The position numbers were made by a program, and so were the translations under genes. A stretch of 64,000 nt of DNA from the IMG/VR virus record IMGVR_UViG_3300042886_000142; one strand, given 5' to 3'. Position 1 is the first letter of the stretch. Every line of letters starts with the position of its first letter. Positions 48,232-58,120 of the stretch are shown here, in pieces. A model generated the notes under the pieces. It was given only the letters and a program-made list of their open reading frames with translations. It was not told the origin of the DNA and ran no database searches. The DNA comes from an uncultured virus (IMG/VR IMGVR_UViG_3300042886_000142) (Duplodnaviria; Heunggongvirae; Uroviricota; Caudoviricetes).

Positions 48232-51200
48232 ATGAGTGTAATTTGTGCTGCTAATCCTTGCCCAATATTATTAAGTGCATCCTGTGTATTCTACGAAGGA
48301 CCTAACTTAATATGTACTGGTATAAATACTAACGAAACCCTTGAATCTGCATTAAAGAAAATTAATGATAGACTGTGTTCAGGTGCTGGTGCTGATGGAA
48401 CTAGTGGTACTTCTGGTACCAGTGGAACGTCAGGTACCTCAGGCACTAGTGGAACATCCGCAACTTCAGGCACTTCTGGTACCACTGGTACTAGTGGTAG
48501 TTCTGGTACTAGTGGTAGTTCTGGAACCTCAGGAACTACTGGAACCAGTGGTACATCTGCTACATCTGGAACTGCTGGAACTTCAGGAGTGCAAGGTGAT
48601 AGATATAGAACAGTCTCTACAGATTGTTTTACATTAGGTAACTCAGGAACACTTATTGTTGATATAGGATTGTCATACACTCCTGGTCAATCAATTGTTA
48701 TTGCATACAATGCATTTAATTATCAAGAATCTGTTGTTTTAACATACAATCCTTTTACAGGAGATTTAACTTTCACTGCCCCTACATTAGTAGTTGGTGC
48801 TGGAAACTATTGTATATGGGATATAAACCTAGATGGAGCAACAGGAGGAGATGGATCTTCTGGTACTAGTGGAACAAGTGCTACAGCTGGTACAAGCGGT
48901 ACAACAGGAACTAGTGGTACAACAGGAACTAGTGGTTCTAGTGGAACTTCTGGAAGCTCAGGTACATCGGGTACTAGTGGCACATCTGGTAGTTCTGGTA
49001 CTACTGGAACTTCAGGAACAACAGGAACAAGTGGCTCTGCAGGATCAAGTGGGTCAAGTGGATTAAATGGATCTTCTGGAGCTGCTATAGCTAACTGGTT
49101 TGCAAGTTATTCTGATAATGGGAATCAACCTATAATAGCTGCAAATACACCTACACCAGTTACATACAATACAACAGAAATAGCAAATGGTATTATTCTA
49201 GATGTTAGTCAACAGATTAGATATCCACATGCTAACATATATGAATTTGGATATTCTCTACAAGTAGAAAAAACTGGTGGCCCAAGTACAGATATAGAGA
49301 TATGGATTAGAAAGAATGGTAATAACATTGTTAGAACAGATTCTTATTTAAGTATTACAGCTGATGGTGTAATACAACTACCATATGTATCTTTTATATT
49401 AGAACTATTAGCTAATGATTATTTAGAAATTATATTTTCTTCTACAAGTCAATATGTTCAATTAACAGCTAAGGCTGCTAAAACTTCTCCATACGCTGCA
49501 CCAGCAGCACCTTCTGTTATTGTTAATACAAAACAAATAGGTGTAGGTGTAGGTAGTACATCAGGAACCTCTGGTACTAGTGCCACATCAGGTACTACAG
49601 GAACATCAGGTACCTCTGCAACATCAGGTACGTCTGCTACAAGTGGAACTGCTGGAACTAGTGGAACCTCTGCAACAAGTGGTACTTCAGGTACATCAGG
49701 AACTAATGGTTCTGCAGGAACTTCTGGTACTTCTGGAACGTCAGGTACTAGTGGTAGCTCAGGAACATCAGGAGTAGATGGTACATCAGGTACAAGTGGA
49801 ATAGATGGATCTAATGGTACGTCAGGTACATCTGGTACAAGCGGTAGTTCTGGATCTTCATCAACTAGTGGTACTAGTGGAACAAGTGGAACTACAGGTA
49901 CATCAGGAAGTTCTGGAAGCTCAGGAAGTTCTGGAACAAGTGGAACTAGCGGTACTAATGGATCAGCTGGAACCTCTGGTACATCTGCTACTAGTGGGAC
50001 TTCTGGTACATCGGGTACCAGTGGGACTTCTGGAACATCAGCCACAAGTGGAACTAGTGGTACTAGTGCAACTAGTGGGTCTTCAGGAAGCTCTGGATCC
50101 TCTGCTACATCTGGTACATCTGGATATTCTGGAGATAAATATGCTACATCATCTACTACATGTTACACTATACAAGCACCTCCTGGTACAGGTACTATTA
50201 CTGTTGATACAGGGCTTGCTTATACATTAGGACAAAGTATAATTATAACTTATTCAGGTGATGCTTTACAACACAATGAAGCTATCGTTACAGGATATGA
50301 TCCATTAACTGGTATATTAAACTTTCAAGTGACTGGTCAAACTGGTTCAGGATTATATTGCTCATGGTTTGTTAATTTAGATGGTGCAACAGGTGGTGAT
50401 GGATCAAATGGTACATCAGGTTCTAGTGGTTCTTCAGCTACAAGTGGCACATCTGGAACAACAGGAACCTCAGGTACTACAGGTACATCAGGATCTAGTG
50501 GAACAACTGGTACATCTGGAACAACTGGTACGTCTGGTACGTCTGGTACTAGTGGTACTACAGGTAGTTCTGGATCATCAGGTATTGATGGTACATCAGG
50601 AACTACAGGTACATCTGGTACATCTGCTACTAATGGTACAGGTGGAACTAGTGGAACAAGTGGAAGCTCTGGTTCTTCTTCTACATCTGGTACATCAGGA
50701 TCTTCTTCTACGTCTGGTTCTTCAGGTTCTAGTGGAACAAATGGAACAGGTGGAACATCAGGATCTAGTGGATCTTCTGGTAGTAGCGCAACTTCAGGTA
50801 CATCAGGTACATCAGCAATTAATGGAACAGATGGAACTTCTGGAACATCAGGGTCTAGTGGTACAGCTGGTACATCTGGAAGTACAGGAACAAGCGGAAC
50901 TTCAGGAAGTAGTGGTTCTAGTGCAACATCAGGAACATCAGGTACCACAGGTACGTCTGGTTCAAGTGGAATTAATGGTTCTAATGGAACCTCTGGAACC
51001 TCTGGAACCTCTGGTGCAAGTGGTTTAGGATATACAAATCCTGTTGCTGGTCCAACATCTGGAACTTGGGTAACAGATTGTTCTTTAGTAGGAACAAATA
51101 TTTCTTTTTATATATCTGGATCAGAATTAGGTGCATACACTGTAGGTAATTTTGTAAATCTAATTGATACTACATCAGGTAGTACATTCTATTATTATGG

Positions 51201-54200
51201 TAGAATAACTTTAATACAATTTGCTGGAGGATTTGGATGGGCAATATATGTTGATGTATTAGATTGTGGTGGGGTACCAGTTGGATCTCCATCAGGAAAT
51301 TGGCAAATGCTACTTACAGGAACTGAAGGTTCTTCAGGATCTAGTGGTACATCTGGATCTAGTGGTACATCTGGAACTAGTGGTATTAATGGTACTAATG
51401 GAAGTTCAGGAACTAGTGGTACAACTGGAACATCAGGGTCATCAGGTATCAATATAGGTTCTAGTGCGGTTATTATATTAGGTGCTGGTGTATGTTCTTC
51501 TGTAAGAGATGGAGTTGGTAATACTTCTACTGGTGCGTTTAGTGCTTCTTTAGGAGGTCAAAATAATAATGCAACTAATAGTTGTGCGACAATAGCTGGT
51601 GGATGTACAAATAATGCAACTGGTCAAGTATCAACAATTGGTGGTGGTCAAAATAACACTGCTTCTAATTATCAATCAACAGTTGGAGGTGGTAAATCTA
51701 ACATTGCTTCTGGAGAAAAATCAACAGTTAGTGGTGGTCAATCTAACACTGCTAATGGTAATTTTGCAACAGTAAGTGGAGGTTTAAGTAATGTAAGTTC
51801 TTATGTAGGTACTGTTAGTGGAGGTGTTAACAACAATTCTAGTGCTTATTCTTCAACAATTGGGGGTGGTAAACAAAACACTGCTTCTGGAGATACATCA
51901 ATAATAGCTGGTGGTGGTTGTAATACTGCTTCTGGTGGTCGTTCAACAATTGGTGGTGGTTATCGAAATGTCGCTTGTAATATTTATTCAACAGTTGCTG
52001 GTGGTAATAGTAACTTTGCTTCTGGTAGTCGTTCATTTATTGGTGGTGGTTTTTCAAATACTGCTTCTAATAGTTATTCAACAATTACTGGTGGTAATGG
52101 TAATATTGCTTCTGGTATTCGTGCAACAATTGGTGGAGGACAAGAAAATTCTGCTTCTAATTCTTGTTCAACAGTCAGTGGTGGTCTTTTTAACATTGCT
52201 TCTGGTTTTAATTCATTTGTAGGTGGTGGTAAAGGAAATGTTGCTTCTAGTGATTGTTCAACAGTTAGTGGTGGTTATAAAAACTGTGCAACTCAGAATT
52301 ATTCAACAATTGGAGGTGGTAGATATAATTTTATTTCAACTCGTTTGTCAACAATTGGTGGTGGATGTTCTAATAGATTAGCTGGTAATCATTGTTTTGG
52401 TACTATCGGTGGTGGATATTGTAATTTTGTAAAAGGACAATATGGTAGTTATAATAGTAAAGCATCAACTATTAGTGGAGGAAGAAATAATTATACCTGT
52501 GGTTCATATATTAGCATTAGTGGTGGATTACGAAATTGTGCAACTGGTGCTTGTTCAACTATTGGTGGTGGTAAATGTAATGTTACAAGTTACGCTGGTT
52601 CAACAATAAGTGGTGGTTCTTATAATATTGCTTCTAATAGTTATTCAACAGTTGGAGGAGGATATTGTAACACTGCATCTGGTAATGATTCAATAGTAGG
52701 AGGTGGTAATAGTAATACTGCTTCTGCTTGTAGTTCAACAATTGGTGGTGGTCGTAGCAATACTGCTACTAATTATTTTGCCACAATTGGTGGTGGTCAA
52801 CAAAACATTGCTTCTGGTCTTTATTCAGCAGTTGGTGGAGGTCAAGCTAATACTGCTTCTGGTTCTCGTTCAACAATTGGTGGTGGTGTTGCTAACACTG
52901 CTTCTGGTTATCGTTCAACAATAGGGGGTGGTTATAGTAATACTGCTTCTGCTTATCATTCAACAATTGGTGGGGGTAAAACTAATACTGCTTCTGGCAT
53001 CCGTTCAACAGTTAGTGGTGGATATAGTAATATTGCTTATAATTTTAGTTCAACAGTTGGAGGTGGTCAATATAATAATGCTTCTGGTATAGGTTCAACA
53101 GTAAGTGGTGGCGGAGTGAATTATTATAATTTTAGTTATTATAGTGCTGGTAATAGTGCTTTTGGAAATTCTTCAACAATTGGCGGTGGTCTTTTTAATA
53201 TTGCTTCTGGATGTAGTTCTTTTATTGGTGGTGGTTGTAGCAACACTGCTTCTGCTAATAGTTCAACAATAAGTGGTGGTCAAAGCAACACTTCTTCTAG
53301 TAATTTTTCAACAGTTGGTGGTGGTGTAATTAACACTGCTTCTAATCCTTATTCAACAGTTAGTGGTGGTTTACAAAACACTGCTTCTGGTAATTCTTCA
53401 ACAGTAGGTGGTGGTAGAAATAATATTGCATCTGGTATTCAATCAGCAATTGGTGGGGGTTGTCAAAATACTGCTTCTGCAACTTATTCAACTGTTGGTG
53501 GTGGTAAATATAATACTAACAATAGTCAGTATTCTACAATTTCTGGTGGTTGTGGTAATATAATTCCAAATACACAAAATAATAGAAACACTATTGGTGG
53601 TGGAGTTTGTAATGTAATGATAGCTAATACAAGTGGTGCTACAATTAGTGGTGGTAGAGCTAATACTATAAGTAGTGGTAGTGGTAGTTGTTATATGACT
53701 ATTAGTGGTGGTTGTTGTAATACTATTACTTCTGGTACTGCATCAACTATTGGAGGTGGGAAATGTAATACTACTTCGGCTTTTAGTGCAACAGTTAGTG
53801 GTGGATATAGTAATACTGCTTCTGCTGGTCGTGCAACAGTTGGAGGTGGTAGTAATAATGTTGCTTCTGTTTATTGGGCAACAGTTGGAGGTGGTAATGC
53901 AAACAATGCTTGTGGTCAATCTTCAACAATAGGCGGTGGAACTTCTAATATTGCTTCTAGTAATTATTCAATAGTTGGTGGTGGTTATTCTAATGATGCT
54001 ACTAATTCTTTTGCAATAGTTGGTGGTGGTAATGCAAACACTGCTTCTGGTAGTCGTTCTACAATAAGTGGTGGTCAATCAAATACTGCTTCTTCTTCTT
54101 ATTCAACAATAGGAGGTGGTTTAAATAATATTGGTTCTGGTTGTTTCTCAACAATTAGTGGAGGTCAAGGCAATACTGCTTCTGGTACTCTTTCAAATAC

Positions 54201-55131
54201 TGGAGGTGGTTTTTGCAACATTGCTTCTGGTAGTCTTTCAACAATTGGTGGTGGTCAATGTAACAGAAATTGTTCTGACTATTCAATAATTGGCGGTGGT
54301 GTAAGTAATTGTACAGATTACGGATGTTTGAATACCATTAGTGGTGGTATGACAAATAGAATGATTCATAATACCAATAGTATTATTGGGGGAGGTCAGA
54401 ATAACTCAATTTGTGGAAATATTGCTAATTCTTCTTATACTCGTGGTAATTCTATTTTGGGAGGTTATAATAACGCTATAAACAATATAAGTTACGCTAC
54501 GGAATCTCAAAATAATACAATAACTGGCGGAATATCCAATAGTATATTTGCATATAATTCTGCATATACCTGTTCTAATTTTATTGGTGGTGGTAAGAGT
54601 AATGCAATTTGTTCTTCAAGTAGTGATAAAGCCAGTTATAATTCTATTATAGGTGGTAGAAGTAATAATATAACTGGTTTTTGTAACTCACATATTATTG
54701 GTAGTTACCTTTCTGTAACTGCCAATGACACAACATTTGTTCAAGCATTATCAAAAACAAGTGGTACGTTTAGAATTAAGCACCCAGAACCTATAAAAAA
54801 CAAAACGCATTACTTACAACACTCGTTTGTTGAATCGCCTACTGCTGGAGATAATATTTATAGATATGTTGTTAAAGTAGTAGATGGTGTTGCTGAAATT
54901 GAATTGCCAGAGTATTTCAAATTCCTAAATGAAAACACTCAAATTTGGGTAACGCCCAAAGAAGGTTTTGGAATTGCTTATGGAAAAGTAGATGAAAATT
55001 TAAAAAAAGTAACTATATTTGCTAACGAGGATTTAGAATATAACGTTCTTATCATAGGAACAAGAAAAGATAAAGATGCTATTGAAAATTGGAATGGTAT
55101 TGAAATATTACAAAATAAAATAAATAAATAA
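48232..55131 (+). CDS. Giant fibre: anchor domain, (Gly-Thr-Ser)n collagen-like tracts, globular inserts, ~15-aa GGxxN beta-roll repeats, conserved C-terminal domain
   Basis: 2299 aa, repeats visible directly; C-terminus FRIKHP...LQHSFVESP...IELPEYF seen at the ends of phage fibres. Confidence 0.8.
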   Translation: MSVICAANPCPILLSASCVFYEGPNLICTGINTNETLESALKKINDRLCSGAGADGTSGTSGTSGTSGTSGTSGTSATSGTSGTTGTSGSSGTSGSSGTSGTTGTSGTSATSGTAGTSGVQGDRYRTVSTDCFTLGNSGTLIVDIGLSYTPGQSIVIAYNAFNYQESVVLTYNPFTGDLTFTAPTLVVGAGNYCIWDINLDGATGGDGSSGTSGTSATAGTSGTTGTSGTTGTSGSSGTSGSSGTSGTSGTSGSSGTTGTSGTTGTSGSAGSSGSSGLNGSSGAAIANWFASYSDNGNQPIIAANTPTPVTYNTTEIANGIILDVSQQIRYPHANIYEFGYSLQVEKTGGPSTDIEIWIRKNGNNIVRTDSYLSITADGVIQLPYVSFILELLANDYLEIIFSSTSQYVQLTAKAAKTSPYAAPAAPSVIVNTKQIGVGVGSTSGTSGTSATSGTTGTSGTSATSGTSATSGTAGTSGTSATSGTSGTSGTNGSAGTSGTSGTSGTSGSSGTSGVDGTSGTSGIDGSNGTSGTSGTSGSSGSSSTSGTSGTSGTTGTSGSSGSSGSSGTSGTSGTNGSAGTSGTSATSGTSGTSGTSGTSGTSATSGTSGTSATSGSSGSSGSSATSGTSGYSGDKYATSSTTCYTIQAPPGTGTITVDTGLAYTLGQSIIITYSGDALQHNEAIVTGYDPLTGILNFQVTGQTGSGLYCSWFVNLDGATGGDGSNGTSGSSGSSATSGTSGTTGTSGTTGTSGSSGTTGTSGTTGTSGTSGTSGTTGSSGSSGIDGTSGTTGTSGTSATNGTGGTSGTSGSSGSSSTSGTSGSSSTSGSSGSSGTNGTGGTSGSSGSSGSSATSGTSGTSAINGTDGTSGTSGSSGTAGTSGSTGTSGTSGSSGSSATSGTSGTTGTSGSSGINGSNGTSGTSGTSGASGLGYTNPVAGPTSGTWVTDCSLVGTNISFYISGSELGAYTVGNFVNLIDTTSGSTFYYYGRITLIQFAGGFGWAIYVDVLDCGGVPVGSPSGNWQMLLTGTEGSSGSSGTSGSSGTSGTSGINGTNGSSGTSGTTGTSGSSGINIGSSAVIILGAGVCSSVRDGVGNTSTGAFSASLGGQNNNATNSCATIAGGCTNNATGQVSTIGGGQNNTASNYQSTVGGGKSNIASGEKSTVSGGQSNTANGNFATVSGGLSNVSSYVGTVSGGVNNNSSAYSSTIGGGKQNTASGDTSIIAGGGCNTASGGRSTIGGGYRNVACNIYSTVAGGNSNFASGSRSFIGGGFSNTASNSYSTITGGNGNIASGIRATIGGGQENSASNSCSTVSGGLFNIASGFNSFVGGGKGNVASSDCSTVSGGYKNCATQNYSTIGGGRYNFISTRLSTIGGGCSNRLAGNHCFGTIGGGYCNFVKGQYGSYNSKASTISGGRNNYTCGSYISISGGLRNCATGACSTIGGGKCNVTSYAGSTISGGSYNIASNSYSTVGGGYCNTASGNDSIVGGGNSNTASACSSTIGGGRSNTATNYFATIGGGQQNIASGLYSAVGGGQANTASGSRSTIGGGVANTASGYRSTIGGGYSNTASAYHSTIGGGKTNTASGIRSTVSGGYSNIAYNFSSTVGGGQYNNASGIGSTVSGGGVNYYNFSYYSAGNSAFGNSSTIGGGLFNIASGCSSFIGGGCSNTASANSSTISGGQSNTSSSNFSTVGGGVINTASNPYSTVSGGLQNTASGNSSTVGGGRNNIASGIQSAIGGGCQNTASATYSTVGGGKYNTNNSQYSTISGGCGNIIPNTQNNRNTIGGGVCNVMIANTSGATISGGRANTISSGSGSCYMTISGGCCNTITSGTASTIGGGKCNTTSAFSATVSGGYSNTASAGRATVGGGSNNVASVYWATVGGGNANNACGQSSTIGGGTSNIASSNYSIVGGGYSNDATNSFAIVGGGNANTASGSRSTISGGQSNTASSSYSTIGGGLNNIGSGCFSTISGGQGNTASGTLSNTGGGFCNIASGSLSTIGGGQCNRNCSDYSIIGGGVSNCTDYGCLNTISGGMTNRMIHNTNSIIGGGQNNSICGNIANSSYTRGNSILGGYNNAINNISYATESQNNTITGGISNSIFAYNSAYTCSNFIGGGKSNAICSSSSDKASYNSIIGGRSNNITGFCNSHIIGSYLSVTANDTTFVQALSKTSGTFRIKHPEPIKNKTHYLQHSFVESPTAGDNIYRYVVKVVDGVAEIELPEYFKFLNENTQIWVTPKEGFGIAYGKVDENLKKVTIFANEDLEYNVLIIGTRKDKDAIENWNGIEILQNKINK
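48385..51450 (+). repeat. Five tracts of degenerate 9-nt repeats encoding Gly-X-Y with X/Y = Thr/Ser
   Basis: ggtacttct/ggaactagt/ggtacatca-type units at about 48385-48595, 48835-49085, 49545-50135, 50385-51030 and 51320-51450. Confidence 0.95.
51500..54700 (+). repeat. Tandem ~45-nt repeats encoding S-T-(I/V)-(G/S)-G-G-x-x-N-x-A-S-G-x-x
   Basis: Dozens of tcaaca(a/g)ttggtggtggt...aatactgcttct units. Confidence 0.95.
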
Positions 55132-55136
55132 ATAAA

Positions 55137-55463
55137 ATGGAAAATTTCACAATTCACATCTTCGGTTACGGAGAAACACAAATCAATTCAAAAGATTTGT
55201 CAGTAAAAGTATCAACTGATACATTAACAACAGTAACGCCTTTAGTGGCTGGAATATTTGCTAAAAAACCAGCAGATAATCCAACTGTAATTACAGACTT
55301 TCACGCTATTAACCTATTTGGTTATAACGATGTTCGTTGGACTGCAAAAGATAGCTTTAACGTAAAAGATGATGCTGACTTAAAACCACTTATCGATGCT
55401 TTAATTGCTGAATTGCAAAAAGCAAAAGACACAACTACTACCACAACTACAATATTGGTATAG
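55137..55463 (+). CDS. Hypothetical protein (possible fibre-associated protein/chaperone) with poly-Thr tail
   Basis: 108 aa directly after the fibre gene; ends KDTTTTTTILV. Confidence 0.65.
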   Translation: MENFTIHIFGYGETQINSKDLSVKVSTDTLTTVTPLVAGIFAKKPADNPTVITDFHAINLFGYNDVRWTAKDSFNVKDDADLKPLIDALIAELQKAKDTTTTTTTILV

Positions 55464-55481
55464 TGTTCTAGATTTATTAAG

Positions 55482-55517
55482 AAAAAGGTAAGATTTTTAT
55501 TAGTCTTACCTTTTTTT
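55482..55517 (+). terminator. Intrinsic terminator (potentially bidirectional)
   Basis: AAAAAGGTAAGA...TCTTACCTTTTTTT. Confidence 0.85.
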
Positions 55518-55520
55518 GTT

Positions 55521-55528
55521 TATCTTTG
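55521..55528 (+). promoter_or_regulatory. -7 box TATCTTTG driving the sulfation operon
   Basis: Exact TAnnTTTG immediately after the terminator and 19 nt before the ATG. Confidence 0.55.
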
Positions 55529-55547
55529 TATATAAAATCAATTAGTT

Positions 55548-56369
55548 ATGAAGAAAAGAATTTTATTTAACTCCTCTCTTCCTAGAGCAGGATCAACTCT
55601 TCTGCAAAATATTATTGCAGATAACCCAGACTTTCATTGTACACCTACATCAGGATTCTTAGATCTTATATTAGGTGCAAAGCAAAGTTATAATAACTCA
55701 TCAGAAGTAAAAGCACAAGATGCTGAACTAATGAAGAATGCTTTTGTAGGGTTTTGTCATAATGCTATGGATGGATATTTTAATGCTCTAACAGATAAAC
55801 CTATTGTCTTAGATAAGAATAGAGGTTGGGGAATACATATTAATCTAGCTAGTGAGTTCATGGTGTCTCCTAAAGTGGTATGTATGATTAGAGATGTAAG
55901 AGCTGTATATTCTTCTATGGAGAAAAACTTTCGTAAGAATCCTACACAAGAGAATCATGTTCAAAATCCTAATCAATTAGTAGGTACTACTCTTCAAAAG
56001 AGAATTAACATATGGGCTGATGGACCACCAGTAGGTATATCTATGGATAGACTAAAAGATGTATTTGATCAGGGAATAGATAAGAAGATATTATTTATTC
56101 GTTATGAAGATTTAATGGACTTTCCTGAACAAGAGATGAGACGCTTCTATGAGTATATGGAACTTCCATATTATGAAGGACACAACTTTGAAACTGTTAC
56201 ACAGCATACACATGAAAATGATGCTATACATGGAATATATGGTGATCATAAACTAAGAACAAAGTTTGAAAGAAAGCCTGATGATTTTGAAGAAATCTTA
56301 GGATTTGAAATATGTCAATCAATTAAAAACACTTATCCTTGGTTCTTTACCAAATTTGGATACGTATAA
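55548..56369 (+). CDS. PAPS-dependent sulfotransferase (Sulfotransfer_3-like)
   Basis: 5'-PSB loop SLPRAGSTLL, LDKNR, 3'-PB motif IRDVRAVYSS, and IRYEDL...PEQEMRRFYEY. Confidence 0.9.
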   Translation: MKKRILFNSSLPRAGSTLLQNIIADNPDFHCTPTSGFLDLILGAKQSYNNSSEVKAQDAELMKNAFVGFCHNAMDGYFNALTDKPIVLDKNRGWGIHINLASEFMVSPKVVCMIRDVRAVYSSMEKNFRKNPTQENHVQNPNQLVGTTLQKRINIWADGPPVGISMDRLKDVFDQGIDKKILFIRYEDLMDFPEQEMRRFYEYMELPYYEGHNFETVTQHTHENDAIHGIYGDHKLRTKFERKPDDFEEILGFEICQSIKNTYPWFFTKFGYV

Positions 56370-56379
56370 ATCAACCAAT

Positions 56380-57249
56380 ATGAATATAATATTTGATATA
56401 TCAGGAGGCTTAGGAAAGAATGTTCTTTCTACAGCTGTATTAAAAGCTATTAAGACTAAACATCCTAAAGCAAACGTAATTGTTCTTACATCTTATCCAG
56501 ATGTGTTTATTGGTAATCCAAATGTAAACAAGGTGATAGTTCATGGAACCACATTAGGTCTTTATAAAGATTACATAATGGGTAAGGACACAAAGATTTT
56601 TATTACAGATCCTTATACATGCTCTGATTACTTAACAGAATCAAAACATCTAATTGAAATATGGTGTAAACTATGTGAGGTGCCATATAATAATGAATTA
56701 CCTGAGCTTTTTATATCTAAAACAGAAATAGAATACTTTGCTCCATTCTATAAATTAGATAAACCTATTCTTGCTATACAACCTAATGGTGGTCCTCAAG
56801 ATCAACCATTAAAATATAGTTGGACAAGAGACATTCCTTCTCCAGTAATTAATGATGTAATACAACATTACAAAAAGAAATATACAATTGTACACATTAA
56901 ACGTGATGATCAACCAATCTACGATGATACAGTAGGAGCTCTTGATTCATTTAGAAGTATAGCTGTTCTATTATCATTATCAGAAAGAAGACTTCTTATT
57001 GATTCATCAGCTATGCATATTGCTATAGCTCTAGGACTTCCAAGTGTTGTATGTTGGATAGGAACAAATTCAAAGGTGTTTGGATATGAAATGAATACTA
57101 ATATAGATGCTAATGCTCCAGACAAAGAATTAAACTTAGATCATCCATATTTACAAAGACTTCCATTGTTTGAAGATATCTCTAGATGTCCATATACAGA
57201 ACTAGGAAGTATATTCAATAGCGAAGACATAATTAAAGCATTGAAATAA
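56380..57249 (+). CDS. GT-B glycosyltransferase, GT9/heptosyltransferase-like
   Basis: GGLGKNVLSTAVLKAIK...FIGNPNV and LLIDSSAMHIAIALGLPSVVCW; true start is probably ATG 56380 rather than 56305. Confidence 0.8.
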   Translation: MNIIFDISGGLGKNVLSTAVLKAIKTKHPKANVIVLTSYPDVFIGNPNVNKVIVHGTTLGLYKDYIMGKDTKIFITDPYTCSDYLTESKHLIEIWCKLCEVPYNNELPELFISKTEIEYFAPFYKLDKPILAIQPNGGPQDQPLKYSWTRDIPSPVINDVIQHYKKKYTIVHIKRDDQPIYDDTVGALDSFRSIAVLLSLSERRLLIDSSAMHIAIALGLPSVVCWIGTNSKVFGYEMNTNIDANAPDKELNLDHPYLQRLPLFEDISRCPYTELGSIFNSEDIIKALK

Positions 57250-57689
57250 TGGCAGTATATTGGTTTACAGGACAGCCTTCACATGGTAAAACAGTTTTGG
57301 CTAAATTGCTAAAAGAAGAACTACAGAAATACGATAGAGTTTTTCATATAGATGGTGATGATCTTAGAGCTCTTACATTAAACAAAGACTTCTCTGAACA
57401 AGGAAGAATAGATAATGTCAAAGGTGCACAAAAAATAGCACATTATTTACATAATAAAGATTATACAGTGGTAGTTTCACTCATTGCTCCATATAGATGG
57501 CAGAGAGAAGAACTAAAAACTATGCTTGGTGCAGATCTTGTAGAACTATATGTTCATACAACAGAACCAAGAGAAAGAGATCATTTTAGTGTAAAAGATT
57601 ATGAAGCTCCCTTAGAGAACTTTATAGATGTAGACACTACAGATGATACACCAGAAGAATCATTTGCTAAAATTTTAAAACTAATATAA
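57249..57689 (+). CDS. cysC: Adenylyl-sulfate (APS) kinase
   Basis: WFTGQPSHGKT P-loop, IDGDDLR, DFSEQGRIDNV, VSLIAPY...R and YEAP motifs; lid region shortened. Confidence 0.88.
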   Translation: MAVYWFTGQPSHGKTVLAKLLKEELQKYDRVFHIDGDDLRALTLNKDFSEQGRIDNVKGAQKIAHYLHNKDYTVVVSLIAPYRWQREELKTMLGADLVELYVHTTEPRERDHFSVKDYEAPLENFIDVDTTDDTPEESFAKILKLI

Positions 57690-58120
57690 TGGGATGGAGT
57701 AAAAAAGTGCATGTAGAATCTTCTATGCAACCAAAAGATTCACAATATGCAATGTTTGTAGGAAGATGGCAACCTTTACATGAAGGTCATGTAAAACTTT
57801 TTCAACAAGCAGTATTAGAGGGTAAAAATCTTTTAATATGTGTAAGAGATGGAGAGGTTAATGATAAAAACCCTTATACGTCAAAACAAGTAAAAAAAGC
57901 AATAAAGGGCATGAGTAAAAATTGGTGGACAGAGGATATTTTACCTTTAATAGATAAATTAAAACCAAAAGTAAAAGTAATAATAATACCTGATATTTGC
58001 TCGGTTGAATTTGGAAGAGGTGTTGGTTATGATATAATAGAGCATATACCGCCTACAGAGATAGCAGAGATATCAGCTACAAAGGTTAGAGAACAAATGC
58101 GTAAAGATGGTGAGTTATGA
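57689..58120 (+). CDS. HIGH-motif nucleotidyltransferase (cytidylyltransferase-like superfamily)
   Basis: FVGRWQPLHEGH, NPY and ISATKVR motifs. Confidence 0.85.
   Translation: MGWSKKVHVESSMQPKDSQYAMFVGRWQPLHEGHVKLFQQAVLEGKNLLICVRDGEVNDKNPYTSKQVKKAIKGMSKNWWTEDILPLIDKLKPKVKVIIIPDICSVEFGRGVGYDIIEHIPPTEIAEISATKVREQMRKDGEL

Noticed and set aside
48291..53932. Antisense and alternate-frame ORFs (PEVPLV..., VVVQQL... repeats) over the giant fibre gene
   Set aside because: Shadows of stop-poor GTS and GGxxN repeats; no independent start context.
48385..54700. Possible CRISPR array or satellite DNA
   Set aside because: Repeats are in-frame, degenerate at third codon positions and lack identical repeats with unique spacers.
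57249..57689. cysC as a host-derived sulfur-assimilation island or contamination
   Set aside because: No cysH/cysI/cysDN; embedded between phage fibre and lysis genes with phage-like composition and linked to a sulfotransferase.
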